From positions 62,001 through 126,000 of the forward strand of contig JAXGZF010000010.1 in NCBI GenBank assembly GCA_040771865.1: a stretch of DNA of 64,000 nucleotides, given 5' to 3'. The DNA is from Desulfobacterales bacterium (GTDB lineage Bacteria > Desulfobacterota > Desulfobacteria > Desulfobacterales > UBA2245). The translations under genes and the position numbers were made by a program. This document shows, piece after piece, positions 8,928-17,676 of the stretch. The notes beneath the pieces are model-generated. The model had not been told where the DNA came from, made no database searches, and saw nothing but the letters and a program-made list of their open reading frames with translations. Within the stretch, counting starts at the first letter, position 1. Every line of letters starts with the position of its first letter.

Positions 8928-10205
8928 CTAACGAAGCTGTTCGATAAAGGCCTCGATCCTGGTTTTCAGCTGACCGACATCCTCCATGCTGTAATCGGTC
9001 TCGATGCGCAGCGTAGGAATGTTTTTTTCTTCGAGCGCCTTTTCGATCGGCATGGATTCCATGAGATAGGGCTGGCAGAACTGAAGACCATAGTGGATTA
9101 CCCCGTCGGCTCTGTATGTTTTAACCATTTCCTGAATATGGTCCAGACGGTCCGGGTTGGGCGTGAAAATGGCGCAATCCACCTTGAAATAACGATCCAC
9201 GATGGAGTCCATCATTTCATCAACTGTCTGCCCGGATTCGTCCGTGAGGTTCCGTGTGCCGCGTTCGCCCACGCAGGATTCCTCGCCCACGATCACTGCG
9301 CCGGAGGTCTCCACGATAAAGGGCAGCTTCCAGTTGGGAACCGCCTGGGGACAACCGGATACCAGTATGCGAGGGGTTTTCTCGGGGAAAGCGCCCCTTT
9401 TCTCTTCAACCCGCTTTTCCAGTTCGTCGCAGATCTTGTTTACGGATGCCGTAAACCGGGCCGGATTGTCGTAGAAGAACACCTGGTTGGCCAGAAGAGC
9501 GTCCAGACCGGATATGGGCGCCGGGTCCGCCTTGCGCAGGGACGACAGCCGATGAATGGCGGCGCGTTTGGCATTGACCGTTCGAATTGCCTGCTTCAGG
9601 GATTCCGCAGTGATCGAAACGCTGGTTAGCTCCTCGACGGATTTCTTGAACCGGTCGTATTCCGTTTTCAACAGCGCCCTGCCCTGCCCGGATTTTACCT
9701 GCGGCAGATCCATTACATAAAGATTTTTGACCATGCTGTTCAGGGATTCATAGGCTTTTTTCTTGCCGTCGCAGGTATTTTCACCGACCACCATGTCCGC
9801 GCTTTCGAGATATGGACAAACCTTGCCGAGCTTGAACCCGAAGGACGATTTAATCAAAGCGCAGGTATTGCGCGGCAGAAGCTTTTCCACCTCTTCCATG
9901 GCAAAATCCGCGCCGGAGCAAAGTCCGACAAGCGTCGCATTGGCCGCCAGAACGATTTCCTCGGGCACAAAAACGCAGTAGGACCCGATAATCCTGCGAC
10001 CGGCAGCCTTTTCGCCCATCAGCTCCTTGATCCGCAGCCCGTGGACCTCGCTCATGACAAAATCAAAATAACCCATCCCCTCGGGGCGGTTCTTTTGAGA
10101 CATGAAAATATCCTGGTACGCTTTTCCCAGAACTCCCAGAAGAACATCGTGTGCAGCCAGGTCAAGTCCCAAGTCGAGCCACATGTTTTTATAATCTTCG
10201 CTCAT
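8928..10205 (-). CDS. Double-cubane-cluster protein (DCCP) / 2-hydroxyacyl-CoA dehydratase D family reductase
   Basis: N-terminus W..LGLDL..HD…NRPEGMGYFD…HGLRI; Cys motifs YCVFVPEE, LPRNTC, VCPY, NTCDGKK, EESC, DCA, QFC. ATG at 10205 with AAGGAG RBS; adjacent to the activator gene. Confidence 0.88.
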   Translation of the reverse strand: MSEDYKNMWLDLGLDLAAHDVLLGVLGKAYQDIFMSQKNRPEGMGYFDFVMSEVHGLRIKELMGEKAAGRRIIGSYCVFVPEEIVLAANATLVGLCSGADFAMEEVEKLLPRNTCALIKSSFGFKLGKVCPYLESADMVVGENTCDGKKKAYESLNSMVKNLYVMDLPQVKSGQGRALLKTEYDRFKKSVEELTSVSITAESLKQAIRTVNAKRAAIHRLSSLRKADPAPISGLDALLANQVFFYDNPARFTASVNKICDELEKRVEEKRGAFPEKTPRILVSGCPQAVPNWKLPFIVETSGAVIVGEESCVGERGTRNLTDESGQTVDEMMDSIVDRYFKVDCAIFTPNPDRLDHIQEMVKTYRADGVIHYGLQFCQPYLMESMPIEKALEEKNIPTLRIETDYSMEDVGQLKTRIEAFIEQLR

Positions 10206-10268
10206 ACGCTTCTCCTTAAAATGATAATAAAATTTAAGTTTATATCTATATAATTTATTATAAAAATG

Positions 10269-10290
10269 TGTCAAATTTATAATATTTATA
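10269..10290 (-). promoter_or_regulatory. Putative promoter (-35 TTGACA with AT-rich upstream element) for the DCCP operon
   Basis: Minus strand TATTATAAATTTGACACAT; same motif family recurs at 10459, 17472, 32780 and 38124. Confidence 0.45.
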
Positions 10291-10458
10291 AATATATCTA
10301 TTATTTATTGATAAAAACAATTAATCCCGATGCCACAGATATTATAGAACGCAGAAACCAAATCGATTACGCTCAAAATAATGGGCAGTCAAATGCTGCA
10401 ACGGAAAAATCATCCATACTGCCGCTGTATTGATTTACTGGCTGATTAACAAAATTGC

Positions 10459-10501
10459 CATTATAATTATCTATTTGACAAATATATGTTTTATATAACA
10501 T
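10459..10501 (+). promoter_or_regulatory. Putative promoter for the fdh leader/operon
   Basis: CATTATAATTATCTATTTGACA followed by an AT-rich -10-like region (TAACAT). Confidence 0.5.
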
Positions 10502-10541
10502 AAAAAGGACGATTCAAATTTCACCTTCTGAAAGGTCTTCC

Positions 10542-10586
10542 ATGATTTATCAGAATTACGATTTCGGCTTTACCTGACGGCTTTAA
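10542..10586 (+). CDS. Putative selenocysteine-containing leader peptide MIYQNYDFGFT(U)RL
   Basis: GAAAGG RBS-like sequence before ATG 10542; TGA at 10575-10577 followed by CGG CTT TAA; SECIS-like stem-loop immediately downstream. Confidence 0.55.
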
Positions 10587-10620
10587 CAGGTCTGACCGGG
10601 TTGTCGGACACATAAGCCGT
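10577..10620 (+). promoter_or_regulatory. Bacterial SECIS-like stem-loop
   Basis: Lower stem ACGGCTT/AAGCCGT. Upper stem GTCTGAC/GTCGGAC (one G-U) starts after a 12-nt spacer from the UGA. Apical loop CGGGTT. Confidence 0.55.
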
Positions 10621-10988
10621 TTGCCGGAATCGAATCCAGTCTGCATTCACTTTTTTCATCTCGGGTTCGGTCCAGCACATTTAATTTCGCTCATTGCAGT
10701 ACAGCTCTTGACGGTTGCTTTTTCATGGTGCTCTGCCTGCTTGCAGGACAGGCGTAATGTCTCGTTGTTGCAAAGATAAGCATCGGCTTTTTTGAAAACA
10801 GCAATAGACTCAATGGATTGTGAGTTCAAGGAAGGGCTTTGAGCTTCGGGCGGAAAAGGGAGGAGGTGAGAAATTCTTAACCAAGCAAGACGTTTCGGAA
10901 GGCCGGAATTCCTTCAGGAAACCGGTCGGGAAACGCAAATCCGGAAATTCGTTATTCATTTAAACCCCAAAAACAGGAGATAGATTTC

Positions 10989-13900
10989 ATGAATGTAACA
11001 CGAAGGGAGTTTATCCAGATCACGGGCGCGACCGCCGCTGGTCTGGCCGTGAGCGGGATCGGATTCGGCCTCTCCCCGGTCAAATCTCACGCCCAGATGC
11101 TCAAGACCAAGTATGCCAAGCAGACCACGACCATCTGCTGTTACTGCGCCGTGGGCTGCGGCGCCATCGTGCACACAAACAAAGCGGATGGTCGGGCCAT
11201 CAATGTCGAGGGTGATCCGGATCATGTGATCAACCGCGGCGCACTCTGCGCCAAGGGCGCGTCTCTGTTTCAGCTGGCGGAGAACAGGAACCGTCTGACC
11301 GAACCCATGTACCGAGCGCCTTACTCGGATAGATGGCAGAAGGTTTCCTGGGAATGGGCGATCGAAAATATCGCCGATAGAGTCAAGAAAACGCGCGACG
11401 CCAATTTTACGACCCAAAACGACAAGGGGCAGACGGTCAACCGCACCACCGCCATCGCATCCGTCGGCAGCGCGGCTTTCGACAACGAGGAGTGCTTTAT
11501 CTATCAGTCATTGATGCGGGCACTGGGGCTTGTCTATATCGAGCATCAGGCCCGTATCTGCCACAGTTCTACCGTTCCGGCGCTGGCGGAATCGTTCGGA
11601 CGCGGTGCCATGACCAATCACTACATTGACCTGAGAAACAGCGATGTCCTGCTGGCAATGGGCGGCAATCCGGCGGAAAACCATCCCATTTCCTTCAAGT
11701 ACATCACTGAGGCCCAGCTCAAGGGCGCGACGCTGATCAGCGTGGACCCCCGCTTTACCAAAACATCGTCCAAGGCCGATATATACGCGCCGATGCGTTC
11801 CGGCACGGACATCGCCTTCCTCGGAGGCATGATCAAGTACATTCTGGACAACAAGCTCTACGATGTGGAATACGTGTCCAATTACACCAACGCTTGTTTT
11901 ATCGTCGGCAAAGGCTTTAGTTTCAAGGACGGTCTTTTCTCGGGTTATGACAAGGCCAAGCGGGCCTACGACAAAAAACAGTGGGCGTACGAGATGGACG
12001 CCAACGGGGTCCCCAAGATGGACCGGACCCTCAAGGACAAACGGTGCGTTCTGAGTCTGCTCAAGAAGCATTACGACCGCTACACCACCAAACTCGTTTC
12101 CAAGATCACCGGAACGCCCGAAGCCGATCTGGTCAAGGTTTACAAGGCTTACGGCGCCACGGGCGCCAAGGGCAAGGCCGGAACGAGCATGTACGCCATG
12201 GGCTGGACCCAGCATACCGTGGGCGTGCAGAACATCCGCACCATGGCCATGATTCAGCTTCTTCTGGGCAACATCGGTTGCGCCGGCGGCGGCGTGAACG
12301 CCATGCGCGGCGAGTCCAACGTTCAGGCGTCAACGGACTGGGCCTTGCTGTTCAATATCCTGCCCGGCTACCTGAAGATTCCGCGGGCATCCGATGATTC
12401 GCTGAATACTTATCTAACGAAGAACACGCCCAAGAGCAATGATCCTCAGAGCGCCAATTGGTGGCAGAACTATCCCAAGTACACGGTCAGCCTGCTCAAA
12501 TCCTTTTTCGGGGATAAGGCCCAGAAAGAGAACGGTTTCGGATTCAACTGGCTGCCCAAGTGCGATGACGGCAAGGATTACTCCTGGCTGAGCCTCTTTG
12601 ACGAAATGTACAAGGGCTCGTTCAAGGGATTTTTTGCCTGGGGCATGAACCCGGCATGCAGCGGGGCCAATTCCAACAAGACCCGCGCGGCTTTGGGAAA
12701 GCTCGACTGGATGGTTAATGTCAACCTGTTTGACAATGAGACCGGTTCTTTCTGGCGCGGTCCGGGGATGAATCCGGCCAGCATTAAGACCGAGGTGTTC
12801 ATGCTGCCCGCCTGCGTTTCCTATGAGAAGGAAGGCAGCATCACGAACAGCGGCCGGTGGATGCAGTGGCGCTACCAGGGGCCCGACCGCCTGGGCAACA
12901 GCAAACCCGACGGCGACATGATGATCGAACTGGGCCTCAAGCTCAAAGAGCTTTATGCGAGAGGCGGCGCATTTACAGAACCCATTCTCAATCTCAAGTG
13001 GGATTACATGACCCACCATGAGTTTGATCCTCACAAGGCGGCCAAGGAGATCAACGGATACTTCCTGAAAGACGTGACCATTAAGGATACGACGTACAAG
13101 GCCGGCACCCTGGTGCCGAGCTTTGCCATGCTGCAGGCCGACGGATCGACCTCTTCGGCCAACTGGCTGTATTGCGGCAGCTATACGGAAAAGGGCAACA
13201 TGGCCGCACGCCGGGGCCAGGAAGACGCCGAGAACAAGATCGGTCTCTATCCCAATTTTTCCTGGTGCTGGCCGGTCAACCGGCGCATCATCTACAACCG
13301 CGCATCCGTGGATCTCAAGGGCAATCCGAGAGATGAGAAGCGATGGGTCATCAAGTGGAACGGAGAAAAGTGGATCGGCGATGTGCCCGACGGTCCGTGG
13401 CCCCCGCTGCAGAATGCCGACGGCTCGCCCAATCCCGCCGGCCGGCATCCGTTCATCATGCAACAACACGGGCATGCGCATATCTTTGGCCCGGGCCTGG
13501 TTGACGGTCCGTTCCCCGAGCATTACGAACCGATCGAGTGCCCGGTGGAAAAGAACCTCCTCGGAAAGCAGCTTAACAGCCCGACCGCTCCGGTTTATAC
13601 GTCGGATAAGGATGCGGTCGTTTCCTGCGATCCGCGCTTCCCGTATGTCGGATCGACCTACCGGGTTGTCGAGCACTGGCAGACCGGTCTGATGACGCGG
13701 CCCCAGCCCTGGCTGCTGGAACTTCAGCCCCAGGTGTTCGTGGAGATGAGCGAAGAGCTTGCCAAACTCAAGGGCATCAAGAACGGAGAACGCGTCCGGG
13801 TGTCTTCCGCGCGCGGTTCGGTTGATTGTGTCGCCATGGTGACCAAGCGCTTCAAGCCCTTTAAAATCGCCGGGAATACGGTTCATGAGGTTGGCGTGCC

Positions 13901-14033
13901 CTGGCATTTTGGATGGCGATGGCCGGAAAGCGGCGCCGAGGAAAGCGCCAATATGCTGACTGTGTCCGCAGGCGATTCCAACACCCGAATTCCGGAAAGC
14001 AAGGCATTTATGTGCAATGTTTCGAAAATATAG
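10989..14033 (+). CDS. fdhA: Periplasmic Mo/W formate dehydrogenase alpha subunit, Cys-type
   Basis: Tat signal TRREFI; CCYCAVGC…LCAKG Fe-S motif; EHQARICHS with TGC at the position that is Sec in FdnG-type enzymes; AMGWTQH, RGESNVQ. Confidence 0.95.
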   Translation: MNVTRREFIQITGATAAGLAVSGIGFGLSPVKSHAQMLKTKYAKQTTTICCYCAVGCGAIVHTNKADGRAINVEGDPDHVINRGALCAKGASLFQLAENRNRLTEPMYRAPYSDRWQKVSWEWAIENIADRVKKTRDANFTTQNDKGQTVNRTTAIASVGSAAFDNEECFIYQSLMRALGLVYIEHQARICHSSTVPALAESFGRGAMTNHYIDLRNSDVLLAMGGNPAENHPISFKYITEAQLKGATLISVDPRFTKTSSKADIYAPMRSGTDIAFLGGMIKYILDNKLYDVEYVSNYTNACFIVGKGFSFKDGLFSGYDKAKRAYDKKQWAYEMDANGVPKMDRTLKDKRCVLSLLKKHYDRYTTKLVSKITGTPEADLVKVYKAYGATGAKGKAGTSMYAMGWTQHTVGVQNIRTMAMIQLLLGNIGCAGGGVNAMRGESNVQASTDWALLFNILPGYLKIPRASDDSLNTYLTKNTPKSNDPQSANWWQNYPKYTVSLLKSFFGDKAQKENGFGFNWLPKCDDGKDYSWLSLFDEMYKGSFKGFFAWGMNPACSGANSNKTRAALGKLDWMVNVNLFDNETGSFWRGPGMNPASIKTEVFMLPACVSYEKEGSITNSGRWMQWRYQGPDRLGNSKPDGDMMIELGLKLKELYARGGAFTEPILNLKWDYMTHHEFDPHKAAKEINGYFLKDVTIKDTTYKAGTLVPSFAMLQADGSTSSANWLYCGSYTEKGNMAARRGQEDAENKIGLYPNFSWCWPVNRRIIYNRASVDLKGNPRDEKRWVIKWNGEKWIGDVPDGPWPPLQNADGSPNPAGRHPFIMQQHGHAHIFGPGLVDGPFPEHYEPIECPVEKNLLGKQLNSPTAPVYTSDKDAVVSCDPRFPYVGSTYRVVEHWQTGLMTRPQPWLLELQPQVFVEMSEELAKLKGIKNGERVRVSSARGSVDCVAMVTKRFKPFKIAGNTVHEVGVPWHFGWRWPESGAEESANMLTVSAGDSNTRIPESKAFMCNVSKI

Positions 14034-14049
14034 AGGGGAGGCGAGATAG

Positions 14050-14772
14050 ATGAGCAAAGCAATTTTTGTCGATACGACAACCTGCACAGCCTGTCGCGGT
14101 TGCCAGATAGCCTGCAAGCAGTGGCATGGCCTGCCTGCGGAACAAACCACCAATCGTGGAACTTTTGAAAATCCTGCGGATCTTTCTTTCAACACCTACA
14201 AGATCGTCCGGATGCGGGAAGAGGTGATCGACGGCAAGCTGAACTGGCTGTTCTTTCCGGAGCAGTGCCGTCACTGCCTCGAACCGCCCTGCGGAGGCAT
14301 TGCCCAGGATGAGAGTTCCATTTTCCGGGATGAGCGGACCGGCGCCGTGATTTTTACGGCGAACAGCAAGAGTCTCAACGCTCAGGAAATCACCGAAGCC
14401 TGCCCGTACAATATTCCCCGGGCCGGCGAGGATGGGACGCTGGCCAAGTGCGACCTGTGCAACGACCGGGTCGAGAACGGACTGCTTCCGGCCTGCGTGC
14501 AGACGTGCCCCACAGGCGCCATGAGTTTCGGCGACCGGGAAGAGATGCTGGACAAGGCCAAGAAACGCCTGGAAGTGGTGAAGCAGAAATATCCCAAGGC
14601 CATGCTGCTGGATCCTGACGATGTCAGCGTGATTTATCTGGTGGCCTTTGAACCGAAGTACTACCATGAGTTTGCGGTGGCTTCGCGTTCGACGGGATAC
14701 GACATGACGCGGAAGATGGCTCTGCGGAAGATGTTCCGTCCGCTGGCAAACATCATGTCTTCATTGACATAA
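14050..14772 (+). CDS. fdhB: Formate dehydrogenase iron-sulfur (beta) subunit
   Basis: CTACRGCQIAC, CRHCLEPPC, CDLC…PACVQTCP. Confidence 0.92.
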   Translation: MSKAIFVDTTTCTACRGCQIACKQWHGLPAEQTTNRGTFENPADLSFNTYKIVRMREEVIDGKLNWLFFPEQCRHCLEPPCGGIAQDESSIFRDERTGAVIFTANSKSLNAQEITEACPYNIPRAGEDGTLAKCDLCNDRVENGLLPACVQTCPTGAMSFGDREEMLDKAKKRLEVVKQKYPKAMLLDPDDVSVIYLVAFEPKYYHEFAVASRSTGYDMTRKMALRKMFRPLANIMSSLT

Positions 14773-14804
14773 ACAAAACGTGTATTAATTTCAAAAAGTA
14801 ACAT

Positions 14805-14833
14805 CGAGAGGGGAGAGTTGATCTCCCCTCTCG
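14805..14833 (+). other. Intergenic stem-loop between fdhB and fdhE (mRNA stabiliser or partial terminator)
   Basis: CGAGAGGGGAGA-gttga-TCTCCCCTCTCG, perfect 12-bp stem with no U-tract. Confidence 0.55.
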
Positions 14834-14868
14834 CGCTACATGACTATGACAAACGATCAGGAGAAGGA

Positions 14869-15753
14869 ATGACCCAGCAGACAGAGACCACCCCGGCCCA
14901 GGTCGGAAAAGCGGCAGAATCCATTATGAGCATAAGACCTTTTTACGGGGAGCTGATCGGGTTTTACCAGGCCGTATTTATGGCACAGGAAGAGGCGAAG
15001 CAGACCGTTCGAATCGAGGCAAAACCGATTTCCGAGGACATGCTGAAGCTCAAGCTCAAGGAGAAGTTTCCCCTGGTTTCCGTAAGCGAGTTTGAGCTGG
15101 ATGAAGTCTCCTGCAGGCAGCTTTTTGATAAAATCAGCCGCATCATTTGCGAGAAAAATCCGGGTCTGAAGTCCTCCGCCGAGGTTTTGATCGCCGCTGT
15201 GGACAAGGGCGATCTCAGGGTTGAGGATCTCTGCCGGGCCCTGCTGGCCGGAAATGATTCCGTTTTTGAAAAGTACGCCGAGGAATTGAAGGTTGACAAG
15301 AAGCTGCTGGCATTTATTGTCTACAACAGCGTCAAGCCTTCGCTGAACGTTTTTGCCGAAAAGACGGCACAGCAACTGGCGCCGGATTATTACTGGGGCA
15401 AGGGGTATTGCCCGGTATGCGGAAACACTCCGGCCATTGCGGTTCTGCAGGGCGAGGGAGAGCGGTTTTTGCACTGCGGCTTCTGCGGTTATCACTGGTC
15501 CGCGATGCGTATATACTGTCCGTTCTGCGAAAACAAGGACGCCAAGACCCTGAGCTATTTTTACAGCGAGTCGGAACCGGAGTACCGGGTGGATATCTGC
15601 GAAGCCTGCAACAAGTACATCAAGACGGTGGATCTTCGAAAGCTCAGCCGGGAGTGCTACATACCCCTGGAGCAGGTCGCGACCCTTCACCTGGATCTGA
15701 AGGCCCGTGAAATGGGCATTGAAAGTGGAACCAGCCTGTATCTGGAACCCTGA
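14869..15753 (+). CDS. fdhE: Formate dehydrogenase accessory protein FdhE
   Basis: CPVCG, CGFC, CPFC, CEAC..YIK, HLDL motifs; ATG 14869 after AGGAGAAGG. Confidence 0.9.
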   Translation: MTQQTETTPAQVGKAAESIMSIRPFYGELIGFYQAVFMAQEEAKQTVRIEAKPISEDMLKLKLKEKFPLVSVSEFELDEVSCRQLFDKISRIICEKNPGLKSSAEVLIAAVDKGDLRVEDLCRALLAGNDSVFEKYAEELKVDKKLLAFIVYNSVKPSLNVFAEKTAQQLAPDYYWGKGYCPVCGNTPAIAVLQGEGERFLHCGFCGYHWSAMRIYCPFCENKDAKTLSYFYSESEPEYRVDICEACNKYIKTVDLRKLSRECYIPLEQVATLHLDLKAREMGIESGTSLYLEP

Positions 15754-15761
15754 TCGGAAAG

Positions 15762-15797
15762 ATTCATCCGAGGCTCTCGTCACGGAAGCCGGATGAA
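15762..15797. terminator. Possible hairpin between convergent fdhE and the GT2 gene
   Basis: TTCATCCG…CGGATGAA inverted repeat with an imperfect inner stem. Confidence 0.35.
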
Positions 15798-15813
15798 TCC
15801 GGGCCATTATGAT

Positions 15814-16494
15814 TCAGGGATACCATCTGGCGAGCCTTTCCGGGCGAACGCCGAGCAGGTGGAGCAAAACCATGGTCCAGTTGCGCAGCGTGCAGGCGAT
15901 TATTCCCTCTCTTCTCCACCGGCGGGAGGATGTCTTCACCCTTTCGTCCAGGAGGCATATTTTTCCGCCGTTTCTCTTGATGCGCCGCATCAGGTCCATG
16001 TCCTCCATAACGGGCAGGTCCCTGTATCCGCCCATTCGAAGGAAATAGTCACGCCTGAGGAATATCGCCTGATCTCCGTAAGGAATGCGCGTAATGCGGG
16101 ATCGAATGGATGCCGCCTTCTCGATGATGCGGAGCGCATATCCTCTATCCGCTATTTCCAGGTCAAAGGCACCGCCCGCGTAATTATCATTCTTCATTAC
16201 AGAGGAGATCCTTCGAAGGCCTCCGGAAGGAAGTTTCGTATCGATGTGAAGAAACAGAAGGATATTACCGGATGCCGCCGCAGCCCCCTTGTTCATCTGC
16301 GTTCCTCGTCCTTTCCGTGAGGCGAGGCCTTTCACCCCTTTGACCGTCATGGCCTTCAGGGTCGCCGCCTCTTCACCGCCGTCCACCACAATGATTTCGA
16401 CTGCCTCTTCCGTCTCCGCGCACAGAAGCCGGTTGATCGCATCGTTAATCAGAGCTTCTTCATGGTAAACGGGAACGATGATTGAGATGGTCAT
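15814..16494 (-). CDS. GT2 glycosyltransferase, TIGR04283-like (radical SAM/selenodomain, arsenosugar-associated)
   Basis: ISIIVPV, VVDGG, GRGTQMNKGA, FLHIDT, PYGDQAIF, MED, TSSRRW, LARWY. Confidence 0.85.
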   Translation of the reverse strand: MTISIIVPVYHEEALINDAINRLLCAETEEAVEIIVVDGGEEAATLKAMTVKGVKGLASRKGRGTQMNKGAAAASGNILLFLHIDTKLPSGGLRRISSVMKNDNYAGGAFDLEIADRGYALRIIEKAASIRSRITRIPYGDQAIFLRRDYFLRMGGYRDLPVMEDMDLMRRIKRNGGKICLLDERVKTSSRRWRREGIIACTLRNWTMVLLHLLGVRPERLARWYP

Positions 16495-16601
16495 GATGGA
16501 ACCTCAAAAAAAAATGATAGTTCAGGGCGCTTCAAAACCGGAGATAGAGGGCGAACACTGCGCCGCAGCGGGGAAGATGACCGCAGCTCGACCTGGACGG
16601 A

Positions 16602-17435
16602 TTATTTACGAAGCTCTCGCTCATAATGTCGCCAGCGAAAAGTGTTGCGCAGATAATCGATCGTTTTGAGTCCGCCGGGCGGAAGGTCCTTTTGCCGTTC
16701 GCAGACTTCCGCAAGGTCCGGAAATTCATCTATGTCGCTCCAAAGCGGGAGAACGTGAACATCGACGCCATTCTTTCGAAACACCCGCATGGTGGCCTCA
16801 AAAACTTCCGGTCCGCTCCACTTGATGCCGCAAAATACCGCCGGAAGAAAGCCGCCGGAGGAGAAGCCTATTAGGTAATACCCCCCGTCCCGGGCCGGTC
16901 CGAGGACTGCGCCGCAGGTTTTGAGCGCATCAAACGCCTCGTGGAGAAAAGCCGGGGGAAGATCCGGGCAATCGCTGCCGATAAGAACGGCCCGTGAGCT
17001 TTGAAGCAATACATTCTGAAACGCATCGAGCATCCTTTGTCCCAGATCGCCCCCTTTCTGCGGAACGCAGACGATGTCGCCTCCGATCCAGTTTTCGACC
17101 GCGCCCCGGGCTTCGGGCGGATGAAAGAATGCCAGCGCAGGATAACCGGCGTGCCGAACCGTTGCAAAAATGTCGGAGACGAAACAGCGGTAGAGGTCAA
17201 GGGCGGCCTTATCGCCGATGCTTTGCGCCAGTCTTGTCTTCACGGCGCCTCTGACGGGGTTTTTCACAAAAACGATCAACCGGTTTTCGGCAGGGATTTT
17301 GGAATCCTCCGCACCGCCATTTATTTCCCGCGGATCGCAAAATTCTTCCATAAACGATGTCTTCTTATTTCTTCCATCCCGCAGGTGCGCTAACATCGTC
17401 CGTTCGACACCGCATACGCACCCCTTCATGTTCAT
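16602..17435 (-). CDS. TIGR04282-like transferase (DUF2064/CofC-like)
   Basis: FVKNPVRGAVKTRL, QKGGDLGQRM, LIGSDCP, GPARDGGYYLIG, DID. True start uncertain, probably downstream (e.g. 17351). Confidence 0.85.
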   Translation of the reverse strand: MNMKGCVCGVERTMLAHLRDGRNKKTSFMEEFCDPREINGGAEDSKIPAENRLIVFVKNPVRGAVKTRLAQSIGDKAALDLYRCFVSDIFATVRHAGYPALAFFHPPEARGAVENWIGGDIVCVPQKGGDLGQRMLDAFQNVLLQSSRAVLIGSDCPDLPPAFLHEAFDALKTCGAVLGPARDGGYYLIGFSSGGFLPAVFCGIKWSGPEVFEATMRVFRKNGVDVHVLPLWSDIDEFPDLAEVCERQKDLPPGGLKTIDYLRNTFRWRHYERELRK

Positions 17436-17676
17436 GCGGTTTCAAAAATATCTACATTGGCGGTATTCATGTGTCAAATAAATAAAAAAAATTAATTGAT
17501 GTCGGAAAATTGAAAAAAACAATCAGCCAGAACGTGTCGGATTTAAGCAAAACCTGTATTTCGAGAGGGGAATTAATTTTCTTTGGACAGCCATATTTTT
17601 ATTGTATGCTCAGGCGCTTTCAAGGCAATATTCTATTACCGAACAGTGACGCATAACTTCCTGGCAGCCATTATCT

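Noticed and set aside
11574..11592. TTCCG/CGGAA hairpin after the FdhA Cys codon as a vestigial SECIS
   Set aside because: Short stem that can be explained by the protein sequence; not distinguishable from chance.
12414..14195. 593-aa antisense ORF over fdhA (likewise 42819-44930 over pccB and many other shadow ORFs)
   Set aside because: Lies opposite well-supported genes and has no motifs; typical of codon bias in GC-rich DNA.
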